Shown here: positions 57,914 to 64,000 of the stretch, in pieces | How the letters are laid out: every line of letters starts with the position of its first letter | Numbering within the stretch: the stretch's first letter is position 1 | Assembly (NCBI GenBank): GCA_038319675.1 | Contig: JBBQDM010000003.1 | Span: 201,997-265,996 of the forward strand | Length of the DNA stretch: 64,000 nucleotides | Origin: Vicinamibacterales bacterium | Lineage (GTDB): Bacteria; Acidobacteriota; Vicinamibacteria; Vicinamibacterales; SCN-69-37 | Direction: 5' to 3' | Notes under the pieces: model-generated | Databases searched by the model: none | The model's input: only the letters and a program-made list of their open reading frames with translations | What the model was told of the DNA's origin: nothing | Translations under genes and position numbers: made by a program

Positions 57914-57988
57914 GGGCCGCTAGCTCAGTGGTAGAGCACCTGGCTTTTAACCAGAGGGTCGGTGGTTCAATCCCACCGCGGCCCACCA
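57914..57988 (+). tRNA. tRNA-Lys (anticodon TTT), CCA encoded
   Basis: GGGCCGC/GCGGCCC acceptor, GCTC-AGTGGTA-GAGC D arm, anticodon loop CTTTTAA, GGTGG-TTCAATC-CCACC T arm. Confidence 0.92.
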
Positions 57989-58004
57989 ATCCCCTCCCTC
58001 GCTG

Positions 58005-58241
58005 ATGGCCACCTGCCCCAAGTGTCGCGGACACCTGACCTCCGGCCACCGCTGCCGCCGCACCCGTGTGCAACAGACGGTTGACTTGGCCGTGGCCGGG
58101 GTCGTCGGTGGCGTCACGGCCATGGTGATGACCGCCATCTTCGATCGCGCTCAGGTGGTCACCGACTATGACGGCTACATTCTCGCCGGCGGTATCGCGC
58201 TCGCGATGTTGACGCAGTCACTGTTACAGCAGAGCGACTAG
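58005..58241 (+). CDS. small hypothetical membrane protein with N-terminal CxxC..H.C knuckle
   Basis: MATCPKCRGHLTSGHRC followed by two hydrophobic segments. Confidence 0.5.
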   Translation: MATCPKCRGHLTSGHRCRRTRVQQTVDLAVAGVVGGVTAMVMTAIFDRAQVVTDYDGYILAGGIALAMLTQSLLQQSD

Positions 58242-58268
58242 ACGTTTTCGGATTGGACGTAGTGTTTT

Positions 58269-58328
58269 CGGAGCCGACGGGCTTCAGCCCGTCGGACATC
58301 AGACGGACTAAAGTCCGTCTGCTCCGTA
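58269..58328 (+). repeat. REP-like double-hairpin element, copy C
   Basis: CGGAGCCGACGGGCTTCAGCCCGTCGGACATCAGACGGACTAAAGTCCGTCTGCTCCGTA, between convergent stops. The second stem carries compensated changes (GACGGAC/GTCCGTC versus GACGGGC/GCCCGTC). Confidence 0.85.
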
Positions 58329-58350
58329 CTGCACGCGTGTCGAGAGTGCC

Positions 58351-59490
58351 CTAGTCCCCTCGTATCGCATCAAAACATCGTCCTGCTTCGACGAGGCCCG
58401 CGGCAAAGATGTCCGGCCGCTGCCCGATGCCCAACCGCAGATGATGTTCGTAGCCGAAGGCGGAGCCTGGCGCGAGCATCACGGAATGATCGATCGCCAA
58501 CCGGTCGGCGAGTGTCAGGGAATCCAGCGGCAGGTCGTACTTGAGCAGGGCCAACAGCCCGCCACGCGGAGCCGTCCACGACAGGTGATCGTGGCGGCCC
58601 TCAATCCAGTGCGTTGCGGCCTGGAGGTTCGCCTGAATGATGTCGTGGTTACGCGCCATAATGCGGTCGTGATGGCGCAGCGCGAGACACGCCAGTGCGT
58701 CGTTCAGTTTGCCGGGACTCAACGTGATGTAGTCACGTAATCCCCAGCACCGCTGCACGATCGCCTCAGGCGCGGCCATCCACCCGATGCGTAACCCCGG
58801 CAGGCCGTACGGTTTCGACAAGGTGCCTACACTGATACCGCGCGGCCCATGGGTGATCATGGGCTCCGCAAACGGCGCACCGTCGGGTACCGCCAGCCAG
58901 CGGTAGGCTTCGTCACCGAGCACCCACGCACCCACCTGATCGGCCATCGCATACACTCGGGCCGCGTCCTCGGGCGACAACATCGCGCCGGTCGGGTTGT
59001 GCGGCGTGTTCACGATGATCAGTTTCGTGCGGGGCGTGATCAGCGCTTCGAGGCGATTGAGGTCGTACTGGTAATCGGTCTCCGGCCCCACGGGCCACAG
59101 CGACACCTCACACCCGATCGCTTTCGGCACGCTGTAGAGCTGCTGATAGGCCGGGTACGGGGCGATGACGTGATCGCCGGGTTCGAGCAACTCATGGAAA
59201 AGCAGAAAGTTGGCTTCGATGGCGCCCGTCGTGACGAGAATCTGCTCCGCCGAGACGCCGGTGTAGGTCGAGGCGAGCGCCTCACGCAGCGCCTGGGTAC
59301 CGCGCGCCTCGCTGTAGCCGAGCGGCAACTGCAGCAGACTGTCGAGCACCGTCGCTCGTGCATCCGGCAACTCGAAGTTGAGCAGGTCCTGCACCGACAG
59401 CGGCAGGATGCCACTCTCGGCGATGTCGTACTTCACATGCGTCTCGTGACGCGTCATCCATCGTTCGAGCAAAAAAGGTTCAATCTTCAT
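58351..59490 (-). CDS. PLP-dependent aminotransferase, class I/II
   Basis: NTPHNPTG, GTLSKPYGLPGLRIGW (PLP Lys). Confidence 0.88.
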   Translation of the reverse strand: MKIEPFLLERWMTRHETHVKYDIAESGILPLSVQDLLNFELPDARATVLDSLLQLPLGYSEARGTQALREALASTYTGVSAEQILVTTGAIEANFLLFHELLEPGDHVIAPYPAYQQLYSVPKAIGCEVSLWPVGPETDYQYDLNRLEALITPRTKLIIVNTPHNPTGAMLSPEDAARVYAMADQVGAWVLGDEAYRWLAVPDGAPFAEPMITHGPRGISVGTLSKPYGLPGLRIGWMAAPEAIVQRCWGLRDYITLSPGKLNDALACLALRHHDRIMARNHDIIQANLQAATHWIEGRHDHLSWTAPRGGLLALLKYDLPLDSLTLADRLAIDHSVMLAPGSAFGYEHHLRLGIGQRPDIFAAGLVEAGRCFDAIRGD

Positions 59491-59493
59491 CAG

Positions 59494-60462
59494 TTACACC
59501 ATCCAGCCAGCCAGGTTGAAATAGATCAGCAGCGTACACAGGTCGGCACTCGCGAGCACGATGGGGCCGGCCGCGATTTTCGGATCACGTCTGGCCACAT
59601 GCAACATCGTCGGCAGCAACAACCCGAGCAGTGCGGCGGTCACCATCGAGGCGGTGATGGCCAGGCCGATCGCCGCCGCCAGCGCGACACTCCCCTTCCA
59701 GATGCCCGCCACGCCGCCGACGATCGTGCCGCACCCGGCGCCCAACATCGCCGCGGTGGCGCACTCGCGTCGCAGCGCGGGTCCCACAAGCGCCCAGGTC
59801 ACGCCGGTCGAGTGCAGGCCCTGCAACGTGAGCGTCACAGACTGGATACTGACACTCTCGGCCAGCGCCAGCACCACGGGGATGAACAACGCGAGCACAA
59901 TCACGGCGTCGAGTAACCCTTCGTACTGGCTGGCCATCCACGCGCACAACATGCCACCGGCCACGTTGGTCAACAACCAGGGAAACCGATCCAGAAACCC
60001 CGACCACGCGGTGCGCCCCTGCGTGGCGTGCACGCCGATGATCTGGAAAATGTCGTCAAACGACCGGCGCGCGTGCGAGATCACTTCGTCAGTGAACACC
60101 GACACATCCACATAACCGAGCAACTCCCCGCGCGCGGACACGACCGGAAACGCCAGAAACTTCTTGCTCACGAAATATTCGGCAGCCACCAGCACCGTGG
60201 CCCATTCCGGAATGGCCACCACGTCGCGCAACATGATGTCGGCAATCGGCACGGTCGGCTCCGCCGACAGCAGCGCGCGCGTGGGCACCACCCCGATCAG
60301 CATGCGGGACTCGTCCACCACATACAGGTACAGCACATCGCGGCTGGAACCTTTGGCACGCAGTTGGTCGAGCGCTTCACCGACCGACTGGTCGGGCAAG
60401 AGCGTCACGGGATCGCGCTGGACGCAGGTCAGGACGGAGGCGTGCAGATCCAGCATGGGCAA
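59494..60462 (-). CDS. MgtE-like divalent cation transporter (CBS pair plus MgtE TM domain, no MgtE_N)
   Basis: CBS-like segments (VVDESRMLIGVVPTRAL, FPVVSARGELLGYV). C-terminal TM domain with PIVLASADLCTLLIYF. Confidence 0.8.
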   Translation of the reverse strand: MPMLDLHASVLTCVQRDPVTLLPDQSVGEALDQLRAKGSSRDVLYLYVVDESRMLIGVVPTRALLSAEPTVPIADIMLRDVVAIPEWATVLVAAEYFVSKKFLAFPVVSARGELLGYVDVSVFTDEVISHARRSFDDIFQIIGVHATQGRTAWSGFLDRFPWLLTNVAGGMLCAWMASQYEGLLDAVIVLALFIPVVLALAESVSIQSVTLTLQGLHSTGVTWALVGPALRRECATAAMLGAGCGTIVGGVAGIWKGSVALAAAIGLAITASMVTAALLGLLLPTMLHVARRDPKIAAGPIVLASADLCTLLIYFNLAGWMV

Positions 60463-60515
60463 AATGGTACCCCAGCCCCGCGAATCTGGTAGACTTGTCA
60501 GGTTTCGCCTCCGGA

Positions 60516-60591
60516 GTCCCCATCGTCCAGAGGCCTAGGACGTGGCCCTTTCAAGGCCAAGACCCGGGTTCGAATCCCGGTGGGGACGCCA
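60516..60591 (+). tRNA. tRNA-Glu (anticodon TTC), CCA encoded
   Basis: GTCCCCA/TGGGGAC acceptor, anticodon arm TGGCC-CTTTCAA-GGCCA, CCGGG-TTCGAAT-CCCGG T arm. Confidence 0.92.
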
Positions 60592-62185
60592 CTAGATGGA
60601 CGAGACCATCCAGTAAATTATCGGCCTGAATCGGCGCTTCCCATCGAGCGCCGCCATCGGGCTGATCCCACAGCGTCAGAGGGCCGACGACCTTACGTAG
60701 CAGGAGCCGCGCGACCTTCGGTTCGCCCCTCAAGATCGCCTTCCACGAGGTCACCCGCTGTTCCAAGGCGGCGCGGAGCTGCTCGATATTGGGCCGCTCG
60801 GTCCGGGGCCGACGAAGTTCCACGTCGAGGCGGGCCACCTCGGCCTGATGGGCGCGTACAACCGGCCCGATCGCCTCGGCAGGCATCCCCTTGGCGACTG
60901 ACTCTACGAGGTTCGTGATCGCCGTCTGCAGCCGTGCGCGTTCCGCTTCGAGAGAGGCGGTCTGATCCGGCGTGGTGTCTACGAGGGCCAGCAGCTCTTC
61001 GAGGTAGCGCGTGCCGAGGGCCTCGCCCTCCACGATGCCGAGTACGTCTTCGTCGGTTTCCGCGATCGGGAGTGCGAGGGTGTTCGTGCAGCACCCCGGT
61101 TTCCGGCGGCGCGTGCTGCAGATATACACGTTCGCCTGTCCCTTCCACGGCGCGATCCGCGCCTCGAAATGCCCACCGCAGGTCGGGCAGATCAACAGCC
61201 CGCCTGACAGCAGATACTTCCCATGCGCCCGTTCCGGCACTCGCCCACTGCCGTTCGCCACGGAGGCCTGGTAGCGGGTGCGTCGGTCGAGGCGTCGGGC
61301 GTCCACGCGCCTTGCCAAGTCCTCGTCGACGATCCGCAGAGCCGGGTCGTCACGGCGAAGCCACCGCTCCTCCGGCACCGCGATCATGCCCTTCTCGCGC
61401 GTGGATCGTTTGCCGAGTTCGCGGCCGTAGGCTTTCTTCGTCCGGCCGTAGATGACCTCGCCGCGATAGAGCGGGCGTTCGAGGACGGCGCGGATCGTGG
61501 ACGCCGACCAGCCTGACGGCCGACCCTGCTGCGCTCGTGGCGACGGCACGCCTCGCTTGTTAAGCAGGGCCGCGATCTGCCGGTTCCCGTCGCCGCTGGC
61601 CGCGCGTTCATAAATCTCGCGCACGATCGCGGCTTCGGCTTCGTTGATGCGTCGTTCGGCGTGGCCCTTACCGATCCGCTCGTTGTCGTAGCCGAAGACC
61701 TTGCCACCCGTCACGTAGCCCTGCTCGTGCTTTCGGTACATCGCGTCGGTGGTCACCTTGCGGATCTGGTCCTTGTACTGCTGGTCGAACTCCGCTTTCA
61801 AGATCGTCGGGAGCCGATTCTCGAACGTGTCGAGTGCAATTTGACGGCCAGTGGAGGAATCCCACACCGCGATGCCGAGGTCCGCTAGATCGTGGAGCGC
61901 GGTCATCGTCTTGTGGCCGTCGCGGCCGAGCCGGTCAAGATCGTAGATAACCAAGGCCTCGAACGCGCCAGCCTCTGCATCTCGCATCATCCGTTGATAT
62001 CCAGGCCGAGTCACGAACAGCGCACCACTGACGCCGTCGTCGGTGTAGATATGTGCCTCGTCGAGCGTCCAGCCCTTCGCGGCGATGAACGCTCTCGCGC
62101 CATCGACTTGGCGCGTAACGGACTTGGCGTCGGAAGCGACGTCGGATTGGTCGGTCGATTTTCTGGAGTAGACGGCCGTGATCAT
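60551..62185 (-). CDS. large serine recombinase (integrase)
   Basis: N-terminal resolvase domain AVYSRKSTDQ (catalytic Ser), DLDRLGRD. Recombinase domain, zinc ribbon CPTCGGHF..CSTRRRKPGCC, coiled-coil. The last ~13 codons are antisense to the tRNA-Glu 3' half. Confidence 0.9.
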   Translation of the reverse strand: MITAVYSRKSTDQSDVASDAKSVTRQVDGARAFIAAKGWTLDEAHIYTDDGVSGALFVTRPGYQRMMRDAEAGAFEALVIYDLDRLGRDGHKTMTALHDLADLGIAVWDSSTGRQIALDTFENRLPTILKAEFDQQYKDQIRKVTTDAMYRKHEQGYVTGGKVFGYDNERIGKGHAERRINEAEAAIVREIYERAASGDGNRQIAALLNKRGVPSPRAQQGRPSGWSASTIRAVLERPLYRGEVIYGRTKKAYGRELGKRSTREKGMIAVPEERWLRRDDPALRIVDEDLARRVDARRLDRRTRYQASVANGSGRVPERAHGKYLLSGGLLICPTCGGHFEARIAPWKGQANVYICSTRRRKPGCCTNTLALPIAETDEDVLGIVEGEALGTRYLEELLALVDTTPDQTASLEAERARLQTAITNLVESVAKGMPAEAIGPVVRAHQAEVARLDVELRRPRTERPNIEQLRAALEQRVTSWKAILRGEPKVARLLLRKVVGPLTLWDQPDGGARWEAPIQADNLLDGLVHLVASPPGFEPGSWP

Positions 62186-62270
62186 CGTAGGTGCCTCTTC
62201 TGCGGCGAGTCGGCCCCCGATACAATCTCAGGAAGCCCGCTTCGCTCGCTCATACCGAGTGGACGGGTTA

Positions 62271-62304
62271 GGGGCCGTCGCGTGTTAGAGCACGCGACGG
62301 TCCC
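62271..62304. other. GC-rich hairpin between the small-ORF operon and the integrase gene
   Basis: GGGGCCGTCGCGTG-TTAGAG-CACGCGACGGTCCC. No clear U-tract on the coding (minus) strand. Confidence 0.3.
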
Positions 62305-62340
62305 GTTTCTGAACGTCCACATCATAGCTCCGGGTTGACG

Positions 62341-62553
62341 CTAGGGTTCGCGGTCCGCAAACCAGTTAGGGGTGCTATGCCCGATGTGCCAACTCCGGCA
62401 CAGTGGGCATCGGTAGGCGTGCAAGCCGGGGCGGCCGATCACCCGTGCGCGGGCCGACGCGTTCTTTTTGCTTGGGAAACGCGTCTTTCCGCACCCGCGC
62501 CGGTCAGCGGTGGTGGCCCGGCCGAGGAAAAGTCGTGCCCTCTGGTCGTTCAT
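62341..62553 (-). CDS. small hypothetical protein with CPLC zinc-knuckle-like motif
   Basis: ..RFPSKKNASARARV..HAYRCPLCRSWHIGH. ATGA overlap with the upstream gene. Confidence 0.5.
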   Translation of the reverse strand: MNDQRARLFLGRATTADRRGCGKTRFPSKKNASARARVIGRPGLHAYRCPLCRSWHIGHSTPNWFADREP

Positions 62554-63317
62554 CGTGTCTTCGCCTCAAACCACGTAAACGCCGAGCGCTCTGGTTCGGT
62601 CAGTGTCGCGAGGTCGCGCTCCTCGCCGTCCTCGTCGACCACGACGAGCCCAGTGCCCTCGCTGTTGTTCCGGATGTTCATCCCGTTGAGGGTCGCGCGA
62701 TACCTGGCGTGTTCAGTCTCACGCGCCGCGCGGTCCTCGTCGGACAGAAGCGCCTCGTCCAGTGCGGCCTGTGCCTCGGCGCGGCGCGTGGTCAGGTCCT
62801 TGATGAGCTTTTCCACTTCCGGCATCGAGCCGAGCCAGCCGTTCGGTCCGCGCAACGCCGGTCCGGCCACGTCATAGCCAGCGGCGATCATCAGCTGGCC
62901 GATCCTCAGCGGCGATAGGTCGACGACCGGACCGAGACGCCGCTGGCCTGCATTGAGCCCGCGATAGGTCAGGTCGAGCGAAAACATCAGGTTCGCTTGC
63001 AGATCGAGTGTCGCTCTGTCGCGGATGCGCCGAGGTAGTGACAGCAGCTCGCTGCTGATCGTGTCGCGCCCGGTGGTCAGAAGGTCGAGCCACTTCGTAT
63101 AGGGCTCTATCGGGGGCAAGGACGCCAACGTGGACGAGGCGACTTCGATCGCACGGATGCGTCGATCGAGTTCTGCGGTGATCGCGTGGTACGAGTTGCG
63201 CTCGCGTGGCGTCATAGAGCCGGGCAGGTCGAGGTCGTCCTTGCGAGTGGCGCGTTGCTCGCGCAGTTGCTTGAGTGCGGTGTCGATCATCTTGGTGGTG
63301 TTCATCGGGTGCTCCAT
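62550..63317 (-). CDS. hypothetical protein (255 aa), element cargo
   Basis: GC3-rich ORF with no recognisable motif. Confidence 0.6.
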   Translation of the reverse strand: MEHPMNTTKMIDTALKQLREQRATRKDDLDLPGSMTPRERNSYHAITAELDRRIRAIEVASSTLASLPPIEPYTKWLDLLTTGRDTISSELLSLPRRIRDRATLDLQANLMFSLDLTYRGLNAGQRRLGPVVDLSPLRIGQLMIAAGYDVAGPALRGPNGWLGSMPEVEKLIKDLTTRRAEAQAALDEALLSDEDRAARETEHARYRATLNGMNIRNNSEGTGLVVVDEDGEERDLATLTEPERSAFTWFEAKTR

Positions 63318-63514
63318 TTCGAGATGCGATCCAGTTCATATGGATCGGGTGGTGTGTAGTCAGGTGCGGCTTCGGCAGTTTTGAGGGGCGACGTGGCGCG
63401 GAGGTAACGCGAGTACGCGACAGGCGTCATGCCGAGCACGTCGTAGTACTCCTGGCAATTGTTCGGATCACTGCAGGTCGACAGATGCTTGCCGAGTGGG
63501 TGAATTGATCTCAT
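63302..63514 (-). CDS. small hypothetical protein (70 aa)
   Basis: ATG 63514 is preceded by AAGGAGA at 7 nt. Begins MRSIHPLGKHLSTCSDPNNCQEYYDVLG. Confidence 0.55.
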   Translation of the reverse strand: MRSIHPLGKHLSTCSDPNNCQEYYDVLGMTPVAYSRYLRATSPLKTAEAAPDYTPPDPYELDRISKWSTR

Positions 63515-63815
63515 GTGTTGGTCTCCTTCTAAAAGAGCGCTTGGCAAGCAGCCGAACGCGTAGACTGTCGCGCTGCTCGTCGTTGAGCAGTGCGGTACGT
63601 AGGCGTGAAATAAACCGATCGTGCGGGAGGCCATATCGGCCGCGCTGCTCGATCGCGTCGAGCAGGAACGACAGCGCGTCGAAGTCGGCGTGACGTAGGA
63701 ACTGCAGACACGCAGCCCGCACGTCACTGTGTCGGCTGCGTCGTCTAGCGCAAAAAGTGATCACCAGATCGGTGTCGCGCTGCAGGCGTTCGACGTAATC
63801 CTTCGGGCGCTTCAT
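63468..63815 (-). CDS. hypothetical protein (115 aa)
   Basis: Begins MKRPKDYVERLQRDTDLV. Good GC3 bias. ATGA overlap with the upstream partial ORF. Confidence 0.5.
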   Translation of the reverse strand: MKRPKDYVERLQRDTDLVITFCARRRSRHSDVRAACLQFLRHADFDALSFLLDAIEQRGRYGLPHDRFISRLRTALLNDEQRDSLRVRLLAKRSFRRRPTHEINSPTRQASVDLQ

Positions 63816-64000
63816 AGCACGTCCCCGACTAAGGGACGACCGACCATCGCCATCATCACGGCCGTGGCCTCTGCGTCCCGACGTTTCTGTTCTTCTGGGT
63901 CAAGCGCGTGCAACACGGCGAAGGCGTGATGCTCGCGACCTATGCACGGTGCTCTACGGCACCACTGACACGGTTTCGGTGCTGGCGTCGTCCGCTCGGC
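63812..64000 (-). CDS. partial hypothetical ORF (N-terminus beyond window)
   Basis: Open frame from the window edge: ..KPCQWCRRAPCIGREHHAF..MMAMVGRPLVGDVL, stop at 63812. Confidence 0.35.
   Translation of the reverse strand, partial: AERTTPAPKPCQWCRRAPCIGREHHAFAVLHALDPEEQKRRDAEATAVMMAMVGRPLVGDVL

Larger units (their letters stand above)
60551..64000 (-). mobile_element. left part of an integrated element (prophage or integrative element) at tRNA-Glu; other end beyond window
   Basis: Serine integrase abuts and overlaps the tRNA. It is followed by a run of small same-strand ORFs with no recognisable function and ATGA-type coupling overlaps. Confidence 0.7.

Noticed and set aside
62335-62918. 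Plus-strand ORFs of 171-180 aa inside the integrated element.
   Set aside because: They lie opposite a coherent, translationally coupled minus-strand gene series, have no RBS, and have Arg/Ser/Ala-rich composition typical of shadow frames.

Overview
GC-rich (about two-thirds G+C by eye, not computed), densely coding bacterial chromosomal segment. The gene content suggests an Acidobacteriota-like genome (inference only): giant CarboxypepD_reg-type TonB-dependent receptors paired with secreted acidobacterial-type VWA proteins, plus bactofilin. Contents in order: a VWA/TBDR module; a housekeeping block (der, HU/IHF, M50 protease, priA, family-4 UDG, coaBC, rpoZ, gmk, yicC, MsbA-like ABC exporter); a glycan/EPS cluster (galE, ugd, five glycosyltransferases, priming sugar transferase, UDP-xylose synthase); an 849-aa coiled-coil protein; pgsA, a TPR lipoprotein, hflX, MFS, glpX, SAM hydrolase, a methyltransferase, bactofilin, cysteine desulfurase/mnmA, trxBA, glgA and a DD-carboxypeptidase; a lower-GC islet with an orphan SPPY DNA methyltransferase; a second TBDR/VWA module; a nuclease-like protein with a histone-H1-like tail; a response regulator and arginase; and three tRNAs (Pro-GGG, Lys-TTT, Glu-TTC). 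A large serine recombinase gene overlaps the 3' half of tRNA-Glu in antisense. It marks the left end of an integrated element that runs off the window. The most unusual signal is non-coding. One family of 270-340 bp intergenic elements (3 copies) has 10-bp-phased CATGA(A/G)G repeat arms and a core that folds as a four-way junction, with every stem kept by compensatory substitutions between copies. There is also a REP-like double-hairpin family (3.5 copies) and two further palindromic elements whose arms are short tandem repeats. No CRISPR array, rRNA or recognisable defence operon was found. All protein calls rest on motif recognition by eye, not on database searches.
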